Virus record (IMG/VR): IMGVR_UViG_3300027759_003534 | Coordinates: 1-64,000 of that record | Direction: 5' to 3' (one strand) | Length of the DNA: 64,000 bases | From: a virus | Part shown: in pieces, positions 1-9,748 of the stretch | Layout of the letters: each line of letters starts with the position of its first letter | Position numbering within the stretch: the first letter of the stretch is position 1 | Notes under the pieces: model-generated | Seen by the model: only the letters and a program-made list of their open reading frames with translations | Database searches by the model: none | Told to the model about the DNA's origin: nothing | Program-made: the position numbers and the translations under genes

Positions 1-266
1 TAGAGCATTTACCAGACTGGGTCAATGCACTAGATCATTGGACCACTAGATTAAAACCAGGAGGAGTAATGTTTTTGTATTTGCCACACTATGATCAAAC
101 TTACTGGAGACCGTGGATCAATCGAAAACATCTTTCTGTACTAACATCAGAATATCTACGTGACTATTACCAATCAAGGAATTATAAGAATATTTTTGTG
201 ACTCCGGGGTATGATCTAAATCATAGTTTTTATGCTGTTGCAGAAAAACAATGCAAAGTTATATAA
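1..266 (+). CDS. 5'-truncated class I SAM-dependent methyltransferase (C-terminal part)
   Basis: Frame is open from position 3: EHLPDWVNALDHWTTRLKPGGVMFLYLPH, the typical '(L)EH...L..W...LKPGG.L.L..P' Methyltransf_11 segment. The ATG at 69 is internal. Confidence 0.7.
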   Translation, partial: EHLPDWVNALDHWTTRLKPGGVMFLYLPHYDQTYWRPWINRKHLSVLTSEYLRDYYQSRNYKNIFVTPGYDLNHSFYAVAEKQCKVI

Positions 267-865
267 TTTATCTTCCACAATTTGAAACCAGTACAACGTG
301 GGCTGACCACGCACTCGCTACTGGATTAGAGCATGCTTGGAATGTTGAATTGTTTGCAGGGGTAGATGGTAGAACTGTGGCTGATAATGCTGGATGGGCT
401 AGATGGGGTATAGGTATTAACGGTGCCAATGCCAAATGCCGAGATATGATGGAGCGACCCGGGGTCCGTGGATGTTTTCTTAGCCATTATAGGTTATGGC
501 AACAATGCCTAGAACTTAATCAACCTATTGGTATATTTGAACACGACATAGAATTTCTTAAACCTTTTTCTAACAAAGAGTTTGATCACGTGTTAAAACT
601 TGAAGGATTTAATTTAAAAAAGAGTAGACCGGCTGGGGAATGGTATGAAGGTGCCCGGGCTTACATATTAAAACCGGCTGGTGCTCAACGGTTGATAGAT
701 TGGGTACAAACCAATGGTGCAATACCTGCAGATGTTTGCATTGGGTTAAATGTGGTCAGCATTGATCTTGAAAAATTGGGCCTGGTACAAATTGCCACCG
801 AGCAACAAAATAAGTGGGGCAAACACAAACAAAGTTTTACCTGGAACCTAGAACAGATGGTGTGA
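251..865 (+). CDS. Glycosyltransferase family 25 (LPS-biosynthesis type)
   Basis: Motifs FAGVDG, GCFLSHYRLWQQC and IFEHD (GT25 GC.LSH..LW / .EDD-like), plus GARAYILKPAGA. Confidence 0.8.
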   Translation: MQSYIIYLPQFETSTTWADHALATGLEHAWNVELFAGVDGRTVADNAGWARWGIGINGANAKCRDMMERPGVRGCFLSHYRLWQQCLELNQPIGIFEHDIEFLKPFSNKEFDHVLKLEGFNLKKSRPAGEWYEGARAYILKPAGAQRLIDWVQTNGAIPADVCIGLNVVSIDLEKLGLVQIATEQQNKWGKHKQSFTWNLEQMV

Positions 866-1787
866 CATATTGTCGCATGTGTGACCAGCAACGCCCAGAT
901 TTTAAATCTTCAAAGCTCCAATGACATTGGGCTAATTTTCTAATCCATTGCTCGCGGTCTGGCATGTTGGGCGTTTCTAGTTGACTGAAATCAGTATTGG
1001 CGATATCACCACCTTGACTATAACTAGGATCGTCTGTGATAAATGCCGGTATCCCTTCAATTGGTGCAACTGCACTTGGGGTACTGTTGTGACATACCAA
1101 TGCCCAACAGTTTATTAAATCTTCGGTTATATGTCGTTTTTGTGGGCTCATTTTTACACCAAATTTGGAAAAATCCGTACTAGTAGGAAAATTTTTCCAG
1201 TCACCCGGGTGCCAACGTAATACAATAGGTCGGTCACTGTGCTGTCTAATTTTAACAAGTGTATTGTTCAGCCATTCCATTAAATTATATCCACGCATGC
1301 TCCACCCCATGGGTCTTTGTAGACAAATTAATATGTGATTACCGGAAGTGCGCCAAGGTTTTAAATCCATGTTGTAGTCTCTACGCATGTTGTTCCAGTT
1401 GTCATTACCTGGTGCTTCGTTACAATATATTCCTGTTTTAGGAAACACTCCATTAAAACTATAACGCAGGTACTTGTGTGGATTGGTAGCGTCTTTATAA
1501 ATGAACACATTACTATCAATACTAATCCAATATCGATTAAGACGTTGTTGCGTTTCCATCACCATCTTTCGAACTTGATAGTGTCCTAATTTAACTTTTT
1601 TTGGGTTTGAATCAAATGCATTTCCAATAATAGCTGCAACATCACAAGTTTCGTAAGTTTGAGATTTTGTACAGTCAGCGGTATCCCCGCAACGGGCAGC
1701 ACCTTCGGCAAAAAATGTTAGTGCATCGACTTTTTCTTGACCATTAATATGTCGAGGCAAACTGCTGAGATAACTTTTAACTATCAT
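837..1787 (-). CDS. Putative GT-B-like / capsule-polysaccharide-modification-like protein (paralog 1)
   Basis: 316 aa. IVLRWHPG and WALVCHNSTPSAVAPIEGIPAF resemble the C-terminal domain of KpsS/KpsC-like proteins. Clear paralog of the adjacent ORF. Confidence 0.45.
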   Translation of the reverse strand: MIVKSYLSSLPRHINGQEKVDALTFFAEGAARCGDTADCTKSQTYETCDVAAIIGNAFDSNPKKVKLGHYQVRKMVMETQQRLNRYWISIDSNVFIYKDATNPHKYLRYSFNGVFPKTGIYCNEAPGNDNWNNMRRDYNMDLKPWRTSGNHILICLQRPMGWSMRGYNLMEWLNNTLVKIRQHSDRPIVLRWHPGDWKNFPTSTDFSKFGVKMSPQKRHITEDLINCWALVCHNSTPSAVAPIEGIPAFITDDPSYSQGGDIANTDFSQLETPNMPDREQWIRKLAQCHWSFEDLKSGRCWSHMRQYVTPSVLGSR

Positions 1788-2893
1788 TTAACAGTTAATG
1801 ATTGTTTAATTACAGGTCGTTCGTCATTGCTTAACACAATTTGCCAGGCTTCGCCACTTAGCATTTCAGTTAAAGAAAATTGTCCATAGGCCACAGAACA
1901 TAACCATTTATACACAAAATTTTCATCAGGCATAGGTGGAGTTTCAATCTGACTAAGATCTTTGCTACAAACTGGGTCGGCTGCAGTAGGAGCAAGGGCA
2001 AATGCTGGAATACCGTAATGCACAGATTCTAATGCAGCAATACTGTTATAAGTTACAGTGGCCCAAACATCATTGGCCAATGCGTCGTAGATCGTACTTT
2101 GACTGCGTGACGACCTAGAGGTTTTTTCACGTACTACAATTTCTCTGTCGGTGTATTTTTTAATTTCTTCTATAGTCTGGGCTAGCCACTCTTGGCGGTC
2201 AATTCCGTAATACTTGCAAGGTTTTTGACTGGGTGCAACTACTAAAATTTTTGATCCTGGCTGCCTCCATCCAGCGTATGTTAAATCGTTATTAAATCTA
2301 CACAAGGCCTGCCAACGATCATCAGGTACATCTAGCATGTGATCTTGTTGCATTGCGTTTTTCACAATGCGATGGTATATCTTTTTGCCACCATCATTTT
2401 GATGACTTGGATAGTTTCCTAGATAACCACTTTCCATAAAGTAGTAATCGCGGCCAAGACTTTGAGCATGATTACATATTTTGCCATTGGCTATGCCCCT
2501 AACCAATACAGGTTGTGTAATAGTGTCATAATTGTCCCAATACAAAGACTTGTCCATAAGTTGGGCATCAGTATATGCGGCCATGACCATGGCAGGAAAA
2601 TCACTGTATTTGAGTTGTACACTAAGTTTTTTGCTTTTGCTTACTAACATTGGATCTAGTTGTTTGTTAAATTTATATGACTTTGATTTTTTATTGTCAA
2701 CTGGGAAAAAGTCTGGATCTCTGCGGTGTTTTTCCAGCAAAAGGATTTCGCGATATAACAGTAATGATTCGTGGGTGGTATGTTTAAGGGCCTGTTCTAT
2801 AGTTTCAAACTGATTTTTAATTTCAGTGCGATCTGGTTTTTCGCCATCATAATTACTGGGCCATCGTTCAACTAATGCCAAGGGCAAGATCAT
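1784..2893 (-). CDS. Putative GT-B-like / capsule-polysaccharide-modification-like protein (paralog 2)
   Basis: Shares EWL..T...I....DR.IV.R, W A.V..NS, GIPAF, D.SQ.ETP.MPD and SG..W with paralog 1. Probable start ATG 2893 forms an ATGA overlap with the upstream stop (track gives GTG 2944). Confidence 0.45.
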   Translation of the reverse strand: MILPLALVERWPSNYDGEKPDRTEIKNQFETIEQALKHTTHESLLLYREILLLEKHRRDPDFFPVDNKKSKSYKFNKQLDPMLVSKSKKLSVQLKYSDFPAMVMAAYTDAQLMDKSLYWDNYDTITQPVLVRGIANGKICNHAQSLGRDYYFMESGYLGNYPSHQNDGGKKIYHRIVKNAMQQDHMLDVPDDRWQALCRFNNDLTYAGWRQPGSKILVVAPSQKPCKYYGIDRQEWLAQTIEEIKKYTDREIVVREKTSRSSRSQSTIYDALANDVWATVTYNSIAALESVHYGIPAFALAPTAADPVCSKDLSQIETPPMPDENFVYKWLCSVAYGQFSLTEMLSGEAWQIVLSNDERPVIKQSLTVK

Positions 2894-3576
2894 AGCATGT
2901 TCCTTTGTAGGCAGTATTCGGTATACATGCGTTCTTTGTGCCACTCGTCTGCTTGTGGTGTATCAGCAAATTCATGAAAGCACGGGGTACCTAGGGTATA
3001 GTGCAATAGTTTAGCGTCTGGGTTAGGGCCGTACTCATCTGGTAACCAGTTCCATTCTTTAGGTAGCTCACCAATCCGCTCATCTGCTAGCCAACTGAAG
3101 CGATGCAAATATGCACCTGTGCTGTGTTGTACAAAATCTGGAGTTAATTTTCTGTTGGGGTGATTACTACAATTCCAAAGTATCACACTCGACCAGTTTT
3201 TTCTAGGATAGTCTTCATTTTTACTGCCAAGATATTTTTCCGTCATTTTGGTTTTGTAATCATGTTTGACTACCATGACATCTTTTGATCCTTCGCGTAG
3301 TTCCCAAAGTTTTACAATATCATCTCGCACAATCATGTCGCCGTCAATGAATATAGCCCAGCCAGTGTAACTCATCAGGTGCGGAACTAGAAATCTGGTG
3401 TAAACAAAATGATTGCTGTTGTCGCCGTGTGTTTCTTCGTAGTCTTGAAACAAATTCAATGCCACAGGCACAATGGCTACAGGTTGACTGGCATGACGAA
3501 TAATTGAATTTACGCAGGTATGATATGCTACAGCTTCTCTAGGGTCGTAGCCAATAAAAATTGGAATTGGCGTCAT
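2890..3576 (-). CDS. GT-A fold nucleotide-diphospho-sugar transferase (GT8-like)
   Basis: IFIGYDPRE, F.YTRFLVP.L, AIFIDGD (DxD), YPRKNWSSV, LP.EWN.L and LLHYT.G.P motifs. Confidence 0.8.
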   Translation of the reverse strand: MTPIPIFIGYDPREAVAYHTCVNSIIRHASQPVAIVPVALNLFQDYEETHGDNSNHFVYTRFLVPHLMSYTGWAIFIDGDMIVRDDIVKLWELREGSKDVMVVKHDYKTKMTEKYLGSKNEDYPRKNWSSVILWNCSNHPNRKLTPDFVQHSTGAYLHRFSWLADERIGELPKEWNWLPDEYGPNPDAKLLHYTLGTPCFHEFADTPQADEWHKERMYTEYCLQRNML

Positions 3577-4313
3577 GCTCGTTCAATGTCCTCTTCTACG
3601 CAATTAGGACCATATTGTATCTCTACAATGCGACAAGGTTGATCAAATGGATTATATAGGCGATGCCATTCATTTGTGGGTATGTGATAGCTGTCGTGGG
3701 TTTCTAAAGAGGTTTCTCGCTGGCCTTCGCCTTCTACTACGCATCGACCTTCTGAAACTTGCCAATATTCTGCACGGCTACTATGACGTTGCATACTAAG
3801 TGTGTGGCCTGGATTAATTGTAAGTTCTTTAACTTTTGTTCCAGGCACTTCGTGTAGCACACGATAATATCCCCACGGACGTAGAGTCTTAGGTGCTTTC
3901 CATTCTTGTAGTATCCAACTCGAACTATTAGATTTATCTTCACCGCCAACGCCAAATACAAATTCTACACCGTCGACTGCCATTTCTGGAATATTTTCCT
4001 TTGTGCGGTCACCGCCATTGGCAAATATAATACGATCTGCAGGATAGTGTGCCCGGACTTGTTGCAACAAATGGCAAGCTGTGCTATCTTCGTCGTCAAA
4101 GGTATAAACTTCATCTACACTGCTTAAATTATTTAATAAACACAGGCGTTCTTGCCAAGGCATAAAGGCACGACCTTTTTTACGAGCAAGCCACTCATCG
4201 CTGTTGATGCCCACTATCAGCATGTCACCCAGCAATCGTGCTTGTTTAATTAGTTTAATGTGTCCGGAATGTACAGGATCAAATCCGCCACTGACCACCA
4301 CTATAGTTTTCAT
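3573..4313 (-). CDS. Cytidylyl/adenylyltransferase (HIGH family, RfaE-II/TagD-like) fused to a mannose-6-phosphate-isomerase-type cupin
   Basis: N-terminal SGGFDPVHSGH (HIGH) and FANGGDR. C-terminal RPWGYY..L, LSMQRH..RAEYW, H.L.N and IVEIQYG....EEDI.R. Confidence 0.85.
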   Translation of the reverse strand: MKTIVVVSGGFDPVHSGHIKLIKQARLLGDMLIVGINSDEWLARKKGRAFMPWQERLCLLNNLSSVDEVYTFDDEDSTACHLLQQVRAHYPADRIIFANGGDRTKENIPEMAVDGVEFVFGVGGEDKSNSSSWILQEWKAPKTLRPWGYYRVLHEVPGTKVKELTINPGHTLSMQRHSSRAEYWQVSEGRCVVEGEGQRETSLETHDSYHIPTNEWHRLYNPFDQPCRIVEIQYGPNCVEEDIERA

Positions 4314-4355
4314 ACGGATATTTATACGCCGTTAATGACCACTCTGCTAGTTTGA

Positions 4356-5111
4356 TTATTTTACAGCCATACTCATTAGGCTGTGATCAATCCAAGGAAC
4401 AACAAGATCCTGTTGGCGTAGATAATTGTGTGCATATATACTTTTCATGGCTGATTCAGGCAATAGTCCAAGTTCTGATAATGCATGCCAGTTAGCGGTT
4501 GCTAGATCCTGCGGACCCTGAGTACTTTTATAAACCACAACATGAATCCAAGGATCTGTAGGTGTTTGTTTAAAAAATCCTGAGCCACAATCCCATCCAG
4601 CAGTGGCCAACTGGTAGATTAAACTGACCATAGTGTGGTGATAATAGCACCCCGAGGGTAGATGATAATCTAACTGACTACGATGTACTCGTTGAGTCGC
4701 TGGCACGGCCAGATACAACATGGCTCCTGGGCTGGCTAGATGCCACCAATTGCTTAATGTCTTTACAGGTGCGTGTGCGTACTGAAAGCTATCATGGCAC
4801 CATAATATATCAAATCCCCCAGGGGGTGCTGGTATTGTATCCTCAAAATTGCCAGATTGATAAAAAACAGTATTGTATTTTTTGGTTAGAGTTAGCTCAG
4901 ATGCTAGATCTACTCCAGTGCAACGTATGTTCAACGGCTGAGGAACTTCATCTCTGGTGGTTCTTGTGGCCCACCACTCAAGGTCATCTCCTGTACCGCA
5001 TCCAAGGTCTAGTACAGTTTTAATACTGGCCATAAAATCGTCGTACTCGTATAATCGATTTAGAGTTTCAAGGCTGTGACGGTGACTATCTTCAGGATGT
5101 GCAAATGTCAT
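4356..5111 (-). CDS. Class I SAM-dependent methyltransferase
   Basis: VLDLGCGTG motif I; FDILWCHDSFQY motif; L.PGAMLYL.VP. Confidence 0.8.
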   Translation of the reverse strand: MTFAHPEDSHRHSLETLNRLYEYDDFMASIKTVLDLGCGTGDDLEWWATRTTRDEVPQPLNIRCTGVDLASELTLTKKYNTVFYQSGNFEDTIPAPPGGFDILWCHDSFQYAHAPVKTLSNWWHLASPGAMLYLAVPATQRVHRSQLDYHLPSGCYYHHTMVSLIYQLATAGWDCGSGFFKQTPTDPWIHVVVYKSTQGPQDLATANWHALSELGLLPESAMKSIYAHNYLRQQDLVVPWIDHSLMSMAVK

Positions 5112-5560
5112 ACTTGTATATCCTCCATTCCGGCGGCTCTGAGCCTAACTATATGCCCCAACATAAAATTCTTTGATTCCATGGCCTTTAATATGCCCAA
5201 ATATCTGTTGCGTAATAGTGCCACTTCGTTGATAATAGTTTCAAAATCAATAACTTCGTCCTCGCCATCCACATACTTTTCTGCATCCCTACTGGTCAAT
5301 GCTCTAGCATATCCTTCAAGGTACTTTTGAAAATGTTTGCGACGAATTTTTCGTAACTGTATATTGAGATGATTCAATACCGCTTCAATTTCTTGTAGTT
5401 GATTAAAACGATGTTCAGTAATGCCAGGCAATGCTGTGATATTTTTTTCAACAAGGCCGCCAATACGCACATCACGCTTGGCGTCCTCTAGCTCTGTTTC
5501 GTAATGAGCTATGAAATCAGGAATGTTGCTAAGATCAGCAATTACTTGGCTATACCACAT
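5108..5560 (-). CDS. uvsY: Recombination mediator UvsY
   Basis: 150-aa helical protein with KYLEGY.RAL.SRDAEKYVDGE and RN.YLGILK.ME.KNF.L, near uvsX. Confidence 0.8.
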   Translation of the reverse strand: MWYSQVIADLSNIPDFIAHYETELEDAKRDVRIGGLVEKNITALPGITEHRFNQLQEIEAVLNHLNIQLRKIRRKHFQKYLEGYARALTSRDAEKYVDGEDEVIDFETIINEVALLRNRYLGILKAMESKNFMLGHIVRLRAAGMEDIQV

Positions 5561-6734
5561 GCGAATCCTTTATATCTAACCATTGTAGCATACTTGTTGG
5601 AAAAATATCAAGTGATAAATTTCTACGAGTGGCAAACTCTTTTATATAATGAGCACATTGCTGACGTTGTGTTTCTCGGCACGGCGCCTGTATATTTGAA
5701 ATAATTTCATTACGTAGGTCAATTTCAGTGTTGTTTAAAATAGTAATTAGTTGCTTTTTGGTGCTATCATCAAGCACATTTACAGCTAAAAAATCCGGGT
5801 CGTTACAAAATTGAAAATTTACAGGAATATCACTAAACGTATTAACAAAATTAACAAGGCCTAACACAGTTAGATTGCTTATTACTGAATTAAATTTAAT
5901 AGCAAACCCAGCGTCTTTAAGCAATTTTAAATTGGTTAAAAAAATCTTGTAACTATTGCCATACCTGTTAAATTCGTATAGTTTACCACAAGTTTCGGCA
6001 CTAACATATATTTGTAAATTGTCTCTTTGTTTAATTTGATTGATTTGTTTTTTTAAACGGTTAGTATCAACTCCAAGGCCAGTATGAAAATTAATACGAG
6101 TAGTAAAATCAAAACTGTTTAGTAACTCTGGAAACTCATTATATAAAAATGGCTCGCCACCAGAAATGTATACCTCTTCTACTGGCCCTAGACGAGCTAT
6201 TTCTTTGTTTATTATTTTGACTACAGGAGATTCAAAATATTCACGGTGGCTTAGTTTAGATATAAGATGATCAATTGGCAACAATTGAAAACGATCTTTA
6301 TTATCGAAATAACTACCATTTTCTTTTAAATCTCTATACCAGGCCGAACTGTATTGTTTACAACAGTATGAGCAAGTTAAATTGCACGTTGACCCTAAAT
6401 TAATATTTAGATGTGTTGGAGTTAATTCGTCAACGTTACTTGGTATTGGATTATAACTTTTCATCATTGTGCGCCGACTAGTCAACCCGTTGCTTTCTAC
6501 TTTCCAACAATTATCATAACAACTCGACACTGGTTTATTTGCTAACATGTCAACACGATCTTGATGTAATGCTGGGGTATTGAATAGTTGCCCAGGATTT
6601 TGTTTTAACCAGTTAATATTAATTTTTTCAGGAGTTGCTGCACAGCACGAGTATAATGATTGTTTTTCTAAATCAATCGACAGCCAAGTAAACTTTTGAC
6701 TACAATAAAAATTAGTTAACGGGTCAAATGACAT
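5550..6734 (-). CDS. Radical SAM enzyme 1 (N-terminal Twitch/SPASM-like Cys cluster)
   Basis: CNLTCSYC..YSS.W, ISGGEPF; N-terminal C..CC..C...C. Confidence 0.85.
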   Translation of the reverse strand: MSFDPLTNFYCSQKFTWLSIDLEKQSLYSCCAATPEKININWLKQNPGQLFNTPALHQDRVDMLANKPVSSCYDNCWKVESNGLTSRRTMMKSYNPIPSNVDELTPTHLNINLGSTCNLTCSYCCKQYSSAWYRDLKENGSYFDNKDRFQLLPIDHLISKLSHREYFESPVVKIINKEIARLGPVEEVYISGGEPFLYNEFPELLNSFDFTTRINFHTGLGVDTNRLKKQINQIKQRDNLQIYVSAETCGKLYEFNRYGNSYKIFLTNLKLLKDAGFAIKFNSVISNLTVLGLVNFVNTFSDIPVNFQFCNDPDFLAVNVLDDSTKKQLITILNNTEIDLRNEIISNIQAPCRETQRQQCAHYIKEFATRRNLSLDIFPTSMLQWLDIKDSHVV

Positions 6735-6991
6735 TAATAGTTGTCATCCTTGTAGTACTCATCATCATCATCATTGTCATCTTCGTCAACTTCATCTTCA
6801 TGATCTTTAAGGTAACTTGCCAAAGCAGATTTAACTCCTAAATCACTTTTAAAAACACTTTTGATATCAGCGGCGTCAACATCGTTATCAATAAGAACTG
6901 ACACTAGTGTTTCTGCGGCTTCATCACGATCTTGTGGATTAACATAACGTTTGAGCTCGTCCCAGATTTCTTTGCTTAATTCTACACTCAT
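6734..6991 (-). CDS. Small acidic hypothetical protein
   Basis: 85 aa with an Asp/Glu-rich tail, tightly packed between uvsX and radical SAM 1. Confidence 0.6.
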   Translation of the reverse strand: MSVELSKEIWDELKRYVNPQDRDEAAETLVSVLIDNDVDAADIKSVFKSDLGVKSALASYLKDHEDEVDEDDNDDDDEYYKDDNY

Positions 6992-6993
6992 TA

Positions 6994-8049
6994 TTATTCC
7001 TCCGTGGCTGTGTCTTCAGTACTTACTGTTTTTTGATTATTAAAATCAGTCATAAGTTTGTCTAAGCAACCTGCTTCGTTGGCTTCCCACTTTTTACGGA
7101 ACTGTTTGATTACTTCGCCATCGCTGGTAATAAACGCTAGACTGTTGCCTTCTTTCTTGAGTAGGCCACGTTTCTCAGCCATGTCTACCATGCCCGAGTA
7201 AGGATTCATGCCTGTTTCATAAGGAATTTTGACCTGTACGCCTTCAAACGGTTTTGCATAACGTGTTTTCATTACTTTACAGCCGGCTCGGATGCCCATG
7301 ACATCAGTGATCTTGTTGCCATCTTCGTCTTCCTTGAGTTTCATCTTCTTCATGGCTACAACAATACTCGACGCATAGATGAAGCCTTGACCGCCTGAAA
7401 TTTTGTCATCTGGATCAAACATGTCTTGACTAGCGTAAGTATGGTTTGTGCATACCAGACCCACGTTGTAACTACCAAACATATTTACACAATTACGAAC
7501 TAATGCTGTAAGTGCTTTAGGTTTGCGGCCCAAATCACCTTTCATTTCACCTGCATCAAACTGATTTACGTCAGTCGGTGTCAACAACATACCTAAACTG
7601 TCAATAACAAACAACACCTTTGGCCGTTCACCATCTGGAAGTGCTTTATAGTCACTCATAAATGTTGAGATTGTTTTGGCAACGTCATCGATCATGGCCA
7701 TACTCAGTTTGAGTAACTTGCTATCGCTGGTATCAACGCCAAGTGCTTTAAGCCAATCTTCATCAAGTGCGTTTTCGCTATCAATCAAGATAACAAAGAT
7801 GCCTTGTTCTTGTGCATTTTTAATAATGTTGCCACTACAGAAGTAACTTTTACCTGCTCCGGACTCGCCAGCAAATACTGTAACTTTTCCCAGTGGAATA
7901 CCTTTATTGAAGTCACCCGAGATCAAATAGTTTAAGGCAAAATTACCTGTACTGATCCAATCTGTAGGATCATTAAATCCAATACTGAGTCCATCAATGC
8001 TCTTGGTAATATCCTTGCGGAATTTTGATACGTCAAATGGTTTTGCCAT
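6994..8049 (-). CDS. uvsX: RecA-like recombinase UvsX
   Basis: Walker A GESGAGKS, IDSENALD, VIDSLGML, TNHTY..., ISGGQG. Confidence 0.95.
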   Translation of the reverse strand: MAKPFDVSKFRKDITKSIDGLSIGFNDPTDWISTGNFALNYLISGDFNKGIPLGKVTVFAGESGAGKSYFCSGNIIKNAQEQGIFVILIDSENALDEDWLKALGVDTSDSKLLKLSMAMIDDVAKTISTFMSDYKALPDGERPKVLFVIDSLGMLLTPTDVNQFDAGEMKGDLGRKPKALTALVRNCVNMFGSYNVGLVCTNHTYASQDMFDPDDKISGGQGFIYASSIVVAMKKMKLKEDEDGNKITDVMGIRAGCKVMKTRYAKPFEGVQVKIPYETGMNPYSGMVDMAEKRGLLKKEGNSLAFITSDGEVIKQFRKKWEANEAGCLDKLMTDFNNQKTVSTEDTATEE

Positions 8050-8051
8050 GA

Positions 8052-9206
8052 TTAATTTCCTTCTTTAAGTTTGTATAATTCTGTAAAAATCTTACTACTA
8101 TCTACTCCACGTCTCTGATCCATTGCGGCTAATTTTTCAAAAGATCCTAGCAAGTTTTGTGTAATTGGTTGCTCTATATAGTGTAACATGTTTTTGTAAC
8201 TATCTTCAAGTAGATATCCAGGTTGCTCATTGATTTTTGATGTTAATCTTGTCTTTAACGATTTTAACACATTTTTTGGTAAATGTCTAATGTTTAGGTA
8301 ATCTGGGGTCAGCAACGCCCCAATTACAAAACTGTTATTATGAAATCCTAATCCTTTAAGATAATCTACACATCCAAATACTGTATCATAATTTAGTAAA
8401 AACCATAACATATTAAAACTTATCTTGTGGTTTAATTTTCTGATTGTGTTTAAATTATCCAAAAAATCAACCCACCGACCACCAAATCGAATATATTCAA
8501 ATTCTTCTTCTACGGTTTCTACGCTTACTGTCCAATGAACATTTTTAAAACCACAAACAGCATCAAACACACCATTATCAACTTTACTAAGATTAGTGTT
8601 TATCCGTAAATTAACTTCTGGGTTTAATTTTTGAAGTAATTCTAAATTTTCTTTCATTAGCAAAGGCTCACCGCCTGCTAGATAAACATGTTTTAATTGT
8701 TTTGCATTTTTGTAAATATATTGTTGAAAGTCAGCTTGTTGTTTTTCAGATGGAGTTTCTATTTTAATATTTAATTCATTGGCCCATTTGCTACTAAACT
8801 CAGGGCTGCAATATACACAAGCAAGATTGCATAAGTTAGTCCAGCGTACATCAATGGTTTGAAGATCAAAGTTATTAACTCGATATGTATCAAGTGGCGT
8901 TTTTTTAAATTCTCGTATATAAAAAATTCTATCACTGATAATGTCAAATCCTTTTTTACCATGCTCTAACTCATAACAAGTATGACACCCGGCAGCCGGA
9001 GCATTATCTGTGATATTTGTTTGTTTGGTTACATTTTTAGGTCCAAGTAATATTTTTTCAATGGGAGTGTCTTTGATGTTGCCTAGTAGGCCAGTTTTCT
9101 CATCACTGCGAATACAATTTTTAACTTTTCCATCAAGGTTATACATTAGTCCTGTCCACGGCATGGGACAGAAATGTTGATTTGTTAACACATCTTTAGG
9201 TGTCAT
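8052..9206 (-). CDS. Radical SAM enzyme 2
   Basis: CNLACVYC..EFSSKW, LAGGEPL, INTN; N-terminal FCPMPW..C..C..C. Confidence 0.88.
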   Translation of the reverse strand: MTPKDVLTNQHFCPMPWTGLMYNLDGKVKNCIRSDEKTGLLGNIKDTPIEKILLGPKNVTKQTNITDNAPAAGCHTCYELEHGKKGFDIISDRIFYIREFKKTPLDTYRVNNFDLQTIDVRWTNLCNLACVYCSPEFSSKWANELNIKIETPSEKQQADFQQYIYKNAKQLKHVYLAGGEPLLMKENLELLQKLNPEVNLRINTNLSKVDNGVFDAVCGFKNVHWTVSVETVEEEFEYIRFGGRWVDFLDNLNTIRKLNHKISFNMLWFLLNYDTVFGCVDYLKGLGFHNNSFVIGALLTPDYLNIRHLPKNVLKSLKTRLTSKINEQPGYLLEDSYKNMLHYIEQPITQNLLGSFEKLAAMDQRRGVDSSKIFTELYKLKEGN

Positions 9207-9748
9207 TTATTTGCTGGTCCTAATGATATGTCTGGGATTGATAAATTATTATTTTTAGCCATGTCAAACAAATTTAATAGCGTCCGTGCCCAGTTATTAA
9301 CATCTGCAGCGGGCGGAACAGTTTTATCTAGGCTAGTGGCTATATTGCCAGGACGAACTATGGTAATTTTTACTCCAAGTCTACGATTACGTATCTGACA
9401 AACTGCTTCTTCTAATGCAATTTTTTGCACACGATAATGGTCCATATCTAATCCAGAAAGAACAGATACTGGATCTTGAGTCATCATAGTGCTAATTACA
9501 ATGATATGTTTTTTTGTTCCTTGCCATCGTTCAGCCATTTCAAATAATAGTTCAGTCTGTGCATATCCAGCCTGAGCATTGTTAACAAACATATCACAAG
9601 GGTCAATTTGATCACAAATTTTAGGTATGTTGCGTATATTATTACCGTTACGTTTGCTTAATCCTACAATTTCGTGACCGTCAAGTATGTATTCCTTGGC
9701 AAGAGCTTGTCCAATTCCAGCAGTGTGTCCTGTAATTGCTATTTTCAA
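9203..9748 (-). CDS. Short-chain dehydrogenase/reductase (NAD(P)-binding)
   Basis: IAITGHTAGIG Rossmann motif, FVNNA, IIVISTM, catalytic YRVQK (YxxxK), VRPG.I.T. Confidence 0.85.
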   Translation of the reverse strand: MKIAITGHTAGIGQALAKEYILDGHEIVGLSKRNGNNIRNIPKICDQIDPCDMFVNNAQAGYAQTELLFEMAERWQGTKKHIIVISTMMTQDPVSVLSGLDMDHYRVQKIALEEAVCQIRNRRLGVKITIVRPGNIATSLDKTVPPAADVNNWARTLLNLFDMAKNNNLSIPDISLGPANK

